The position numbers and the translations under genes were made by a program. This document shows positions 41,976-52,723 of a stretch of 64,000 bases of DNA, piece by piece (position 1 is the stretch's first letter; each line of letters begins with the position of its first letter). The notes beneath the pieces were generated by a model that was not told the origin of the DNA, did no database searches, and saw only the letters and a list, made by a program, of their open reading frames with translations. The stretch comes from Dehalococcoidia bacterium. Its GTDB lineage: Bacteria > Chloroflexota > Dehalococcoidia > Lucifugimonadales > UBA3495. The DNA lies in the NCBI GenBank assembly GCA_965237745.1, contig OZ250156.1, positions 3,553,426 through 3,617,425 on the forward strand, read 5' to 3'.

Positions 41976-42953
41976 CTATTGTGGGCAGGGAGCATCGGCA
42001 GGTATAAGGCGTTCGTGGCGTAGCTCCTGCCACAGCGAGGATGGGATGGGATGCGACATCATCCGGAAATTCTCTTCCGCCTCCGCCACAGACCCCGGGC
42101 CCGGTATCACGGCGGCAACGGCGGGATGGCCAAAAACGAACTGAAGAGCGGCGGCCTTCAGCGGAACCGAATGGCGGTCGCAGACCACTTTGCAACGCCT
42201 TGCCCGTTCCAGGACTTCGGCTGAGGCCGGCAGATAGTTGAAGGTCGCAGTTTCCGCCAGGTCCGAGGCCAGAATACCGCTGTTGTACGGGCCGCCGATG
42301 ATTACGCTGATGTTTTTCTCCTGGCACAGGGGCAGGAATTCGGAGAGCGCCGAATGGTCAAGGAGGGTGTATCGTCCCGCCAGCAGAAAGCAATCTAAAT
42401 CTCCCTCACGAGCCAGCCGGGCCTGCATTTCCCACTGGTTCATGCCGGCGCCTATCGCCGAAATCACCCGCTGGGAACGCAACTCTGTAAGGGCTCTGTG
42501 CGCCCCCTCCATCGCCTGGTCGAAGTGGTTGTCCGGGTCATGGATCAGGAGAATGTCGACACGGTCCAAGTTCAGCCGTTTCAGGCTCCCCTCGAATACC
42601 CGCATGACCGTATCGTAGTCGTATATGTAGGGCATGCCTCTGGACGCGTCTGGTCCTATTACCGCCCCCACCGGAGCGGGCGGATCGGGTTCCAGCAACC
42701 TGCCTACTTTGGTGGATATTGTGAAACTGGAACGCGGGATTTCAGAGAGAATCCTGCCGTAGCGTTGCTCGCTCACGCCTCCGCCGTAGACCGGGGCGGT
42801 GTCAAAGTAGCTGACACCCAGTTCGACGCATCTCCTGAGAGTCGCAGCGGCCTCCTCATCGGTTGTGGACCGGCCCAACGCCACGCCGCCGACCCCCAGC
42901 CTTGATACTTTAAGCCCGGTGCTTCCGATTTCAGCCAATTCCAACGGGTCCAT
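41976..42953 (-). CDS. Aldo/keto reductase
   Basis: LGVGGVALG...FDTAPVYGGGVSEQ...LLIHDPD pattern. Confidence 0.9.
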   Translation of the reverse strand: MDPLELAEIGSTGLKVSRLGVGGVALGRSTTDEEAAATLRRCVELGVSYFDTAPVYGGGVSEQRYGRILSEIPRSSFTISTKVGRLLEPDPPAPVGAVIGPDASRGMPYIYDYDTVMRVFEGSLKRLNLDRVDILLIHDPDNHFDQAMEGAHRALTELRSQRVISAIGAGMNQWEMQARLAREGDLDCFLLAGRYTLLDHSALSEFLPLCQEKNISVIIGGPYNSGILASDLAETATFNYLPASAEVLERARRCKVVCDRHSVPLKAAALQFVFGHPAVAAVIPGPGSVAEAEENFRMMSHPIPSSLWQELRHERLIPADAPCPQ

Positions 42954-43915
42954 ATCCTACTCCTCCCGGGCTGCGACGCCGGGCTCTCGCGATGAAACTT
43001 ACGGGCTATTTTAGCGTCATATTGGGTTCGGGAGACCTCGAAGCCAGCGACGCCTCCATTGAGAAACCATTTCAAAATGAACTGCTAATGTTGACATTAC
43101 CTGGTCGTAAGCCCGAGGCCTCATATGTCGAATATTGCACTTTGCAGGGATGAGGGACTTAACTGGTAACGAGGAAGGAGGCTCGCCCGGTTTTCAATGC
43201 AGTTACAAGGGAAAGAACTGCCCCTTTCCAGAGCAGCTCTCGTTCTGTCTTTTTGGAGACTCGTCAGGGTTAGCTGTACAGCCAAGCTCAACCTAAACGG
43301 TACAGTCCCCCATCTTGTCCAGTTTGACGGGCATAATTTGAAGGTAGGCGTACCGTCTTTGAGACCCGGCGGTGTCTGAAATCCGAACGAAACCCTCGGC
43401 TTCAAACATATTTTTGAGTAGGGTCTGTAGAGGCAAGGTTCGCCACTGTCGTCCTGTCATTGCCGTTCATCCTGGCTGCAACTCCACCTCAACCTGAAGG
43501 CAACCCCGTTTACGAACAAGATGAGGAGGCAATAGAGCTGCCAGCATCGTCGCCCAATTAAATGCGCAGTCTACTTGCTTAAGAAAGTAGCGGACGGTTG
43601 TGAGGCAGAAGAGCCAACCTTCTGCTGCGTTCTTCCATATATCCTTCGGCAGTTGCCTATCCTCTGTATGTCCCCATTTGTCCCACCAATTGTCACTCCC
43701 ACGGGCTCAACGCGAGTATGCGCCTGCGCCAACCCAGACTGTCAACGACGTGGTTGCTGACACCCCGCAGTAAGAGGGTGCAACCACACAGGGGTGCTTT
43801 TGGCAGCGAAACTGTAGGATTGCATCATAGCCGGGTCCTGGCAGCCGACATATTTCTGCGACATTTCGTCCTTATCGTGGGGGTATCACGGATACCTCGC
43901 AGAGGGGGTGAAAGA

Positions 43916-45157
43916 ATGGTTCGCAGGAAACTCCGGAAGCTGATGTTCAAAACGTACCCTGTCTGGGTGCTTCTGGCAGCTATGTTCTTGGCACTGACGA
44001 TTATCGGCTGTGCGTCCTGCGGCTCCGCGCCGGACGCACAAGATTCCCTCCTGCCCACGGCAACTCAGGGCACCGTCGAGCGTGGGGGAAGCGAATCTGG
44101 AAACCAGCACGGCGACAATCCCCAGGGTAGGGAAACTGAGGGAAAAAGCGGAGAACACGAGCAGGTTGGAGGAGCCTTTAAAGACAACGGCGAGCAAGGG
44201 CGTAGTGAAGAGGGCAGCGATAACAGTGGTGAACACGACCTCCGCGGGGAGGACAGTGGGGAGAGCAGGGAAGCCGAAATGTCGAGCCCGATCGTCCCGC
44301 TTCGACAGTCGTGGAGCGGTGTTCTTGGTGGTTTGGCCGTTTCAATGCAATACGACCCGGCTACCCGTAACGTCCACGGAACCGTGAGGAACGTTTCCTC
44401 CCAGAAGCTCTGTTACCTGCAAGCCGAGCCCCACCTAAAGTCGGGAATCAGCACGGTGGGTGAACTTGGCCCCGGGATGCTGGGACACCTGAACCCGGGC
44501 CAGGAAACAACGTCAAGCCTCGCGGTCGCCAGTGAACCGAAGCTTGCCGGAGTTTCCTACGACGGGTACGTCGTCCACATGGAAGTGTTCGACTGCAGCG
44601 GCCCCGGCCCCTCAGTTCACGCAGGAGGACAGGGGGCGGAAGGTGGCGGTAAACACGGTCCCTCTGGCGAAGGCCGTCAGGAAGGCGGTGCAGAGCACGG
44701 CAGAGGCGGTGAAACCGGCAATGAGTCCGTCGGCCCCGGCGGTGAAGAGGGCGACTTCGCCAACATGCTGGCTCTGGATGAGAGCCATGACGCAGTCCGC
44801 AGTGGTGCTCGCCTGATCTTGGCCTACGATGCCGCAATCAATTCCTTCAAGGGTACCGTGGAGAACACGACCGGCGGCGTCCTGGACATGGTCAGGGTGG
44901 AAGTTCACCTTTCTAACGGGGTGGAGCTTGGCCCGACCACCCCCACAAACCTGGGGCCTGGCCACGTGGTAGACGTCAACCTGCCTGCGACTGAAGCATC
45001 GTTCAGCGGATGGACGGCTCACGTGGAGGTCGGAGGCGAGGGAAGCGAGTCCGGTGGAGAGCATGGAGATGGCGAAGAACAAGGGGGAGGCGGAGAGTCG
45101 GATACTGAACACGGAGAAAGCGGGGAATCCAGCGGCGAGCACGGGGGAAACCGCTAG
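43916..45157 (+). CDS. Lipoprotein with two homologous ~90-aa domains and Gly/Glu/His-rich linkers (possible metal binding)
   Basis: Signal/lipobox LALTIIGCAS. Internal duplication (YD...GTVxN...HL..G..ELGP...L.PG...H.EV occurs twice). GEHG/SGEH-rich acidic linkers and tail. Confidence 0.6.
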   Translation: MVRRKLRKLMFKTYPVWVLLAAMFLALTIIGCASCGSAPDAQDSLLPTATQGTVERGGSESGNQHGDNPQGRETEGKSGEHEQVGGAFKDNGEQGRSEEGSDNSGEHDLRGEDSGESREAEMSSPIVPLRQSWSGVLGGLAVSMQYDPATRNVHGTVRNVSSQKLCYLQAEPHLKSGISTVGELGPGMLGHLNPGQETTSSLAVASEPKLAGVSYDGYVVHMEVFDCSGPGPSVHAGGQGAEGGGKHGPSGEGRQEGGAEHGRGGETGNESVGPGGEEGDFANMLALDESHDAVRSGARLILAYDAAINSFKGTVENTTGGVLDMVRVEVHLSNGVELGPTTPTNLGPGHVVDVNLPATEASFSGWTAHVEVGGEGSESGGEHGDGEEQGGGGESDTEHGESGESSGEHGGNR

Positions 45158-45283
45158 AGGCTATTGGGGCTGTCCGGAGATGTGGTGCCGGCGAGAGTGA
45201 GATAATCCGACCGCTGGTTTGTTCGCAGAGTCGATGAGGGTGCTTCGTGGAGACACCTCAAGAGGTGGCGATCCGCGGGAGAA

Positions 45284-45961
45284 GTGGTGAGCGGAACTGT
45301 ACTGATAATCGAAGACGACAGGAGGATCGCTGACTGGGTCAAGGTTTATTTCGAGCGCGCTGGGTTCTCCGCTGAGGTCTGTCATGATGGTGAATCCGGC
45401 CTGGCCCTAGCCCGCAGTCTGTCCCTAGACCTGGTGGTCCTCGATCTTGCGCTGCCCCGTCTCGACGGGGTGGAACTGTGCCGCATCCTGCGTCAGGAGT
45501 CGGAGTCCCGATCATCATGCTAACGGCCAGGGAGGCCCCCGCGGAGCGGATATTTGGACTGGACAGCGGGGCCGGACTACATTATCAAGCCCTTCGACCC
45601 TGAAGAGGTCATTGCGCGCGCCCAAGCCGTGCTGCGGAGGGTCAAGGGCAGAGTCCAGGAGGTTTTGACACGCGGAGGTATCACCCTGAACGAGACCGCC
45701 GGCAGCGTCACGGTCAATGAGCAGCCCGTATTCCTGAGCCGGGCGCAGATTGCCCTGCTCTCAACTTTCATGCGCCATCCCAACCGGGTGCTCAGCCGAG
45801 ACCAGCTTATCTCGCTGTCCTTCAACCAAGAATTCGACGGGTTCGACCGCGCCATCGACAGCCAGATCGCCAGGCTCCGGAAGCAGATTGGAGTGAAAGG
45901 CAACCGACCCATTCAGACCGTATATGGTGCCGGATACAGGTTCGTGGCGGAGGACGATTGA
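45284..45961 (+). pseudogene. OmpR/PhoB-family response regulator with two frameshifts
   Basis: The receiver (LIIEDD...VVLDLALPRLDG) and winged-helix (IQTVYGAGYRF) regions are intact in sequence but spread over three frames. Shifts are at about 45507 (C3 run) and about 45573. Confidence 0.85.
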
Positions 45962-47368
45962 TGTCTCTACGGTGGCGAATCATGGGCTCGACGGTCCTTG
46001 TCGTCGTTCTCTCCGTCCTCATCAGCGTCGGTGTGGGCTATTACTCGACACAGTCCCGCTTGGGCGTGTTCGTGGATCGGATAGGAGAAAACGAGGCCAG
46101 CCAATTGGCTCGCAGCCTGAGCGGGGAGTATAGCGCCGCTGGTGGCTGGGAAACAGTGGACAGTTCACTGGCCCGGGCGGGATACATATATGGCGAGGTG
46201 TCGCATCGGGAAGGGTCTGAGGGCCGAGCAAGAGAATCAACCGAATCTCCCCACCACGATCGGGTAAGAATCGTTATTGCCGACACCGAAGGGCGCGTGG
46301 TGAGGGACAACCTGTCCATGCTGCCACCGAGTACCATGGCGCCCGACCTCGATGGGCATCGCGAAACGGTGTTCGATCTGACCACTGACCAGCCCGTCGG
46401 CCACGTCTATGTGGACGTAGATCATGAGTTCCTGTCAACCGAATCCCATGGGTTTCTGACCACCCTGATGTACATCACTCTTATTGCAGGAGCGCTGACG
46501 CTGATTTCCGCAATCCTGCTGGCCGCCTGGCTGTCCAGGCGCATCACCGCGCCTGTGACGGCGTTGACCGAGGCAACTCAGGCCATTGCCCAGGGAGGCA
46601 CGACCCAATTGCCGGTCAGGTCCTCGGATGAGTTGGGGCGGATGAGCGGGGCCTTCAACTAGATGACCTCCGCCCTGGAAACCCAGCGCGAGCTGCGCAG
46701 ACGGCTGATCAACGACGTCTCCCATGAGCTCAACACGCCGCTGAGCGTCATACAACTGGAGGCGGCGGGCCTGCGCGACGGGCTTGCAGACGCCCGAGGA
46801 CGCCTCCGACCATATCATCCAGGAAGTGGACAGGCTACGTGGCCTCGTTACGGACCTGGACTGGCTTGCGGAAACAGACCAGGGCGAGTTGAAACTCAAG
46901 CTGGAGCCAGCTTCGATTTACGAACTGGTCGCCAGAGAGGTTCAGCGGTGGCAGCCGCAATGCCAACCCCGACAAGTCGAATTGTCCCTTGAAGCTTCAA
47001 CTGACCCGCCCGAAATCAATCTGGACTGGGCGCGGGTGAGTCAAGCCTTGGGAAATATCCTGAGCAACGCCATTCTCCATACCGAGGCAGGTGGAAGCAT
47101 CGTTGTCACGGCGGTGTCGGAAAGCAACAGGGCTGCGGTGATCTCGATCACCGACGACGGGATTGGCATCAACGCCGCAGACCTCCCACACGTATTCGAC
47201 CGCTTTTACCGAACTGACCAGTCCCGTATGCGTGGCGTAGAGGGAACGGGGCGGGGGTTGGCCATTGCCCGGGCTATTGTCGAAGCACACGGGGGTACGA
47301 TTTCGGTATCAAGTGGCGGCCCTGGAGAGGGGGCCACTTTCTCTATCCGCTTTCCTCTGAAAAAATGA
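45958..47368 (+). pseudogene. HAMP-containing sensor histidine kinase, disrupted
   Basis: In-frame TAG 46660-46662 inside the HAMP (GAFN*MTSAL). H-box NDVSHELNTPL. Frameshift near 46783. N/G boxes (LSNAILHT, DDGIGI, GTGRGLAIA) lie in the last piece. Confidence 0.85.
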
Positions 47369-47430
47369 GCACCACTGGCCTTGGCCAATACCCCCTCGGC
47401 TGGAACACCGACAACACAAAGGACAGGACA

Positions 47431-47934
47431 ATGAGTGCACTGGAACAGATTGAAGGGCGAGTGCGGACGGCGCTGGACGGATTTGGAATCGCAGACTGGG
47501 AGTGGATTGAAATCGATCCCCAGTACGGCGACACCGCAGACTTCTGCGAACATTACGGGTACGACCTGCCCCATTGTGCCAATACGATCATCGTGGCCAG
47601 CAAGCGCGGGTCGGCGGCGTACTGCGCAGGGATCGTGCGTGGGTGCGACCGTCTGGACGTGAACAAGCGAGTGCGCGGGCTAATGGGAGTGCCGCGGGCT
47701 TCGTTCGCCTCGGCGGAAGAGACCCGTGAGGTTACGGAGATGATAATCGGCGGAGTTACGGCACTGGCGCTGCCCCAGGGGTTGCCGATCTACGCTGACG
47801 TACGCCTATTGGAGATGGACTACATCATCCTCGGGGCGGGCAGCCGATCTGGCAAGTTGAAAATGCCGCCCCAAGAGCTGGAGAAACTGCCGGGCCTTGA
47901 ACTCATCGAGGGGTTGTCGATTTCGGCGGAGTGA
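47431..47934 (+). CDS. YbaK/ProX-type aminoacyl-tRNA deacylase domain protein
   Basis: YbaK-like core (ANTIIVASKRG...GGVTALALP...ILGAGSRSGKL). Confidence 0.8.
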   Translation: MSALEQIEGRVRTALDGFGIADWEWIEIDPQYGDTADFCEHYGYDLPHCANTIIVASKRGSAAYCAGIVRGCDRLDVNKRVRGLMGVPRASFASAEETREVTEMIIGGVTALALPQGLPIYADVRLLEMDYIILGAGSRSGKLKMPPQELEKLPGLELIEGLSISAE

Positions 47935-48111
47935 CAGCGGCGGGTTCGGGACAGCGTTCCATTCCATCTGATTCAGTTTCCGGAAAGCAGATGAATCTTG
48001 CGGGACACATCGGCCACCGGTGCGCCCTACTCTGCCTGGCGCAGGCCAGGGGCCACCCGCTCAGGCGTATACCGGGACCTCTTCGTGGCACAATCCTGCT
48101 GTTCCGCAAGT

Positions 48112-48163
48112 TTAGATCATCTCACAAAACTCGCGTTCCGGCTGGATCAGAATCCAGGGAGCA
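48112..48163. repeat. 52-nt dispersed repeat, copy B
   Basis: TTAGATCATCTCACAAAACTCGC...CTGGATCAGAATCCAGGGAGCA. See 35582-35633. Confidence 0.85.
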
Positions 48164-48660
48164 GGTCGCCTACGGATAGTGAGACGGATGTACAGCGTAG
48201 ATGTATATCTGCGGGTTCGCAGGGCGGTGATGGTGGAGGGAACGTGATTAACGACAATTAGCACTGCAGTCGCAAGATTAGGTAGACGCCGTTTATAGTG
48301 GCATCGTCTGGCCTGAATATACTGAAAACACACACAGTGCCCTGTCGCGGCTTGTGTCCGTCAGGTGGCGTCGGTAGGATAATCGAGGGTTGCACTTAGT
48401 TTGTACTGTGGTGTCTGGGTGACATCAACGCCCGTTGCCCACCCACACTACGAGCCTCGTGTGCGTGCCACCCGATCGACCTTCCCCGTAGTGGTTTGTG
48501 AAGTACGCGAAATCCTCGGCCCAAAGGCCTTGTGCTTACGCTGGATCGGTCGAGGGAACGCGCGCTGTCCACGAGCGGGCGTACAGTTCACGGAAGCCTT
48601 GCAGCGATGCCCACTGTTGGCCGCGCACGGCGCCGCATTTGCGACGAAAGGTGCCTGATC

Positions 48661-50322
48661 ATGACTTATGAGTTCGATCTCGGTTCATACAGTCGGCCGA
48701 TAACGACATCATCGCCGGAGGCCCAGCTTTGGTTTGATCGGGGTCTGCTATGGACCTACGGATTTAACCACGAAGAGGCCGTCTTCTGCTTCAAGCAGGC
48801 GGCCGAAGCCGATCCGAAGTGTGCCATGGCGTATTGGGGTATCGCGTACGCTATGGGTCCCAACTATAACAAGCCGTGGGAGGCGTTTGATGAGGCGGAA
48901 ACATCGAAAACGCTGTCCGAGGCCTTTGACGCGACAATGCGCGCCACGGCGCTAGCAGGCAACTGTACCCAGGTGGAAAGGGACTTGATTGAAGGGCTTC
49001 ACCAGCGATATCAGTCTGCGGGACAGCCGCAAAACCTGTCCGCCTGGGTCGATGACTTTGCTGCCGCGATGCGAGCCGTCTACCTCAACCATCGAGAGGA
49101 TGCAGATATCTCCGCGCTCTTTGCGGAAGCCATGATGAACCGCACCCCCTGGGCGCTCTGGGATCTGGAGTCCGGAGAAGCGGCAGAGGGCGCCGACACC
49201 GAGGAAGTCAGGCAGGTGCTCGAACGAGGCATGGAACGTCGCGCGCACATGGGCGCCCCGCCGCATCCGGGAATGCTGCACATGTACATCCACCTGATGG
49301 AAATGTCGCCCTTCCCGGAACAAGCTCTGCTCGCCTGCGAACAGTTGCGAGGCTTGGTGCCGGATTCTGGCCATCTGCAGCACATGGCGACGCATATTGA
49401 CGTGTTGTGCGGCGATTATCTGAGCGTGGTGAATTGGAACGAAGCAGCGATCCGGGCCGACCGCCGGTATCTGGCAGCCAGAGGACCGTTCAACTTCTAT
49501 ACGCTGTACCGCTGCCATGACTATCACTTCAAGGCGTACGGGGCGATGTTCCTGGGCCAGTACCAATCGGCCATCGAGGCGGCCGAGGAGTTGATCGCTG
49601 CCCTCCCCGAGGATCTATTGAGCGTGCAGTCGCCGCCCATGGCAGACTGGCTGGAAGGGCTGGTGCCTATCAAACAGCATGTATTTGTGCGGTTCGGGAA
49701 ATGGCAGGAAATCCTTGCGCAGGAACTACCGGCAAATCCCCATTTGTACTGCGTTACGAGCGCCACCATGCGGTATGCAAGGGCCATCGCCTTTGCAACG
49801 CTCGGGCATTCGAAGTCGGCGGTGGCTGAGGCGGAGGCTTTCGAGAGGGACTTTGAGCGTGTGCCGGACAGCCGGTATTTGTTTAACAATTCCTGCCGCG
49901 ATATCCTGACGGTCGCGCGGGAGATGATGCTCGGCGAGCTCGATTACCGGCAGGGAGACATCGAATCGGGCTTCGCACATTTGCGGCAGGCAGTCGCCTT
50001 TGACGACAACCTGCCCTATGACGAGCCTTGGGGCTGGATGCAGCCTGCCCGGCACGCCCTCGGCGCCCTCCTGCTGGAACAGGGACGTGTGGAGGAAGCC
50101 CTCGCCGAGTATAGGGCGGACCTCGGCTTCGACTCAGTGCTCAAACGGTCAAGTCAGCACCCCGACAATGTCTGGAGTCTGAGCGGCTATCACGAATGCT
50201 TGGAGCGAACGGGCCAGCACGAATTAGCGGCGGTCACGAAGCAGCGGCTCGCCCTAGCCCGGGCGCGCGCCGACGTGCCGGTGCAGTCGTCCTGCTTTTG
50301 TCGGCTTCAGGGTGCAGGCTAA
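48661..50322 (+). CDS. TPR-repeat protein of unknown function
   Basis: ATG at 48661. N-terminal ...FDRGLLWTYGFNHEEAVFCFKQAAEADPKCAMAYWGIAYA TPR-like helices, and the ORF is long and uninterrupted. Confidence 0.6.
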   Translation: MTYEFDLGSYSRPITTSSPEAQLWFDRGLLWTYGFNHEEAVFCFKQAAEADPKCAMAYWGIAYAMGPNYNKPWEAFDEAETSKTLSEAFDATMRATALAGNCTQVERDLIEGLHQRYQSAGQPQNLSAWVDDFAAAMRAVYLNHREDADISALFAEAMMNRTPWALWDLESGEAAEGADTEEVRQVLERGMERRAHMGAPPHPGMLHMYIHLMEMSPFPEQALLACEQLRGLVPDSGHLQHMATHIDVLCGDYLSVVNWNEAAIRADRRYLAARGPFNFYTLYRCHDYHFKAYGAMFLGQYQSAIEAAEELIAALPEDLLSVQSPPMADWLEGLVPIKQHVFVRFGKWQEILAQELPANPHLYCVTSATMRYARAIAFATLGHSKSAVAEAEAFERDFERVPDSRYLFNNSCRDILTVAREMMLGELDYRQGDIESGFAHLRQAVAFDDNLPYDEPWGWMQPARHALGALLLEQGRVEEALAEYRADLGFDSVLKRSSQHPDNVWSLSGYHECLERTGQHELAAVTKQRLALARARADVPVQSSCFCRLQGAG

Positions 50323-50660
50323 GAGCGGCGCAATATGAGCCGCCAGACTTACCGACCGTGCGGTTCAGCCTCTGATTCCTGCGAGTTGTTCCGGGAACGC
50401 GTCGTAGAGGAAATCAAGGCGGGTCGGGTCAAAGGGTGTCGCCGAGGGGATGCAGAGACTCGACCCCTGTGGCCGTATCACATTTTTTGTTAGCCCGACC
50501 GCGCTGGGACTGGTACTGCAACCGCAGATGACCGGCTTTAGGGCCAGAGGGACTTGACGACCGTCGAACTCGGCTGTAGTTCGTGGGTCTACGATGGATG
50601 AAACCAGGCTGATTGACGGGCCAAAAGTGCTATCCGGGTGAATGTGCGGCTGTAGTACTA

Positions 50661-51888
50661 AACTAAAGCCAAGGTGAAATGCGCAGAAGCATGGGGTAAA
50701 TTGGTGGTGAACTTGGATGGCTTGTCTTGGATTCAGGTAGGGGTTGGCGATGGGCGTGAGAGATATAGGCCTGATTCTTCGACAGTGGGAGATGGACGCC
50801 AGGGGATTGCACCGGCGGCTCATTCTGGCTCCGACGCCCCGGGAGCGGGAGCGTTGGCACGCCCTCTGGCTCTTGGCCCAAGGCTGGACTGCGGCAGCCA
50901 CGGCCGAGGCTCTGGGACGGGACCCGCACACCATTGGCCGGTGGGCCTCCGCCTTCGGAGAGGGCGGACCGGAGGCCTTGATGTTCGAGCAGACCGGGGG
51001 TTCCCCCCCGCCCTCGGCGAGGGGCAGAAGGCGGAGTTGAAGACCGCGGTACAGGAGCCGCCTGCCATGTCTGGCATCGAACTGGCCAACTGGAACTGGA
51101 AGGCGGTGCGGCGATTTGTTGCCGACTGGTTCGGCGTCAGGCTATGCCGCAGCAGTTCTCTGAACTACCTGCACCGGTTGGGATTTGCTTTCAAGCGGCC
51201 CAAGAAACGTCTGCTCAAGGCGAATGAGGCCAAGCGCGAGGCGTTCGTGGCGGAGTACGCCGCCCTGTGGGAGGAGGCGAAGCGGTCCGGAGGCAAGATA
51301 TTCTTTGCCGACGAGGCCCACTTCCGTGCTGACGCCGAACTGCGGGGCAAGTGGGTTCTGAGGGGAGAACCGGCGTTGGTGGACTCGACCAGCCCGCGGT
51401 ATGGCGAGAAGGCCAGCTACTACTCGGCGGTGTGCTTGGAGACCGGGGAGGTGGAGTGGATGGAACTGGAGGGTAACAGCAACGCCGGGACATCGTCGGC
51501 CTTCCTGCGGCAACTTGCGGAGAGGCACGCCGGGCAATTGAACGTGATCTGGGACAACGCGCCGGCGCACCGTGGCGAGGCTGTGCGTGAGTATCTGCGG
51601 ACGCCTGGGCTGCGGCTGGTGAACCTGCCGGGCTACAGCCCGGACTTCAACGCGGATGAGGCCATCTGGGGCTGAGCGAGGGAAGAGGCGACAGGTAACC
51701 TGTGCCTCGGAACCAGTGCCAAGGTGCAGGAGAGGGTCGGCAGCTTCCTCGCCGGGCTGGCCAGCCGGAAGGATGAAGTGAAACGGCGTTGCCGGACAGT
51801 CCTGCAATCAAAGGCCGAGACCCTCTGGCGAGACATCCAGGCCCCTTCCCAGCCCACGGCAAATGCACATCCCACCTTGGCTTTGGTT
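50661..51888 (+). mobile_element. IS630-family insertion sequence flanked by TA duplications
   Basis: Terminal inverted repeats AACTAAAGCCAAGGTG (50661-) and CACCTTGGCTTTGGTT (-51888). TA at 50659-50660 and at 51889-51890. Confidence 0.9.
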
Positions 51889-51891
51889 TAG
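50744..51891 (+). pseudogene. IS630-family DDE transposase (frame change at a C7 run plus an in-frame TGA)
   Basis: The HTH part (to ...FEQTGGSPP) continues in the -1 frame after CCCCCCC at 51003-51009 (ALGEGQKAELK...). DDE region FFADEAHF...WDNAPAHRG...NPDFNADEAIWG, then TGA 51673-51675 where related transposases as I recall them have Trp. The frame then stays open to a TAG at 51889-51891 that uses the flanking TA. Confidence 0.85.
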
Positions 51892-51981
51892 GAGGAAATG
51901 TCTCACTTGGGGCGTCCTTTCTCCGCTGGGGTCAGGCGTCCATTCTACCTGCTGCCTGTCCCTTTCCTCTCGCCCAGGGTG

Positions 51982-52632
51982 TCAGCGGTCTCGGGAGCTT
52001 ACATGCAGAAGCAGGTACCTGAACCTGGTGTATCCCGTCCCCGCAGGGTCGGAATAATCTCTCCACCGCGCCCTGTAGCGGCCTCCGATTTCTATCAGCC
52101 TCTCCCGGCCGCACACTGTCCCGGCGCCGGCTTGGGGACTCCAGGCAAGGGTGCCGGTGATTTCACGGTCTTCATGAAGGACGAACTCGACGTCGTTGGT
52201 GTCAGGTTTCGTGGGAATGTTCCAGTACAGATGGTCGTTGGTGAGGAGGATGGCGTACCCGTCGTTCGCCCTCCCGCCCCTGATGATTCCCTCCAACCTG
52301 GCGATGTCCAGGCAGAAGTCATACCTCCCAGTGTCCTGGGCCGACTGGTCCCGGAGCCGAAATTCTTCGTCCCCGTGCAGAACTGCCGCCGTTCTGGTCA
52401 GGTACTTGAGTTCAATGGCGGTGCCGGAGTCCGGCAGCCAGACGTCCACGTACCGCCTGTCGGGCCCCTGGATAAGGTTGCCGACCTCCTGCCTTATCCG
52501 AACCGACGGGTGGTCCTGCTGGATCTGCCAGGAAAGGGCGTGCTTGAAGTCTGACTCCGAATGGAATACTGGCCTGGATTGGGTCACCGTTTCCATGGCC
52601 TCGTTCATGTCCAGTGTTGATCTGGTGGCCAT
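51982..52632 (-). CDS. Hypothetical protein with PD-(D/E)xK-like nuclease motif
   Basis: RRYVDVWLPDSGTAIELKY fits a D...ExK core. 216 aa with a plausible RBS. Confidence 0.45.
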   Translation of the reverse strand: MATRSTLDMNEAMETVTQSRPVFHSESDFKHALSWQIQQDHPSVRIRQEVGNLIQGPDRRYVDVWLPDSGTAIELKYLTRTAAVLHGDEEFRLRDQSAQDTGRYDFCLDIARLEGIIRGGRANDGYAILLTNDHLYWNIPTKPDTNDVEFVLHEDREITGTLAWSPQAGAGTVCGRERLIEIGGRYRARWRDYSDPAGTGYTRFRYLLLHVSSRDR

Positions 52633-52723
52633 ACGTTGGTGTCCGCCTTTGTTGAGTCAGGCATGGCGTTATTTCCTGTTGTCTCCGTTGATGGTAACGG
52701 GCCGGAACAGGCTCCCTGGGTCA

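Noticed and set aside
9152-51675. Stop-codon reassignment (TAG, TAA or TGA read as sense) as the explanation for the in-frame stops
   Set aside because: Intact genes in the same window terminate on TAG (BNR protein, cupin, TPP enzyme, hydrolase, ThuA) and on TGA (hyuB, DinB-like) at family-appropriate lengths, so standard code 11 applies. Only the peroxiredoxin UGA is kept, as a Sec candidate.
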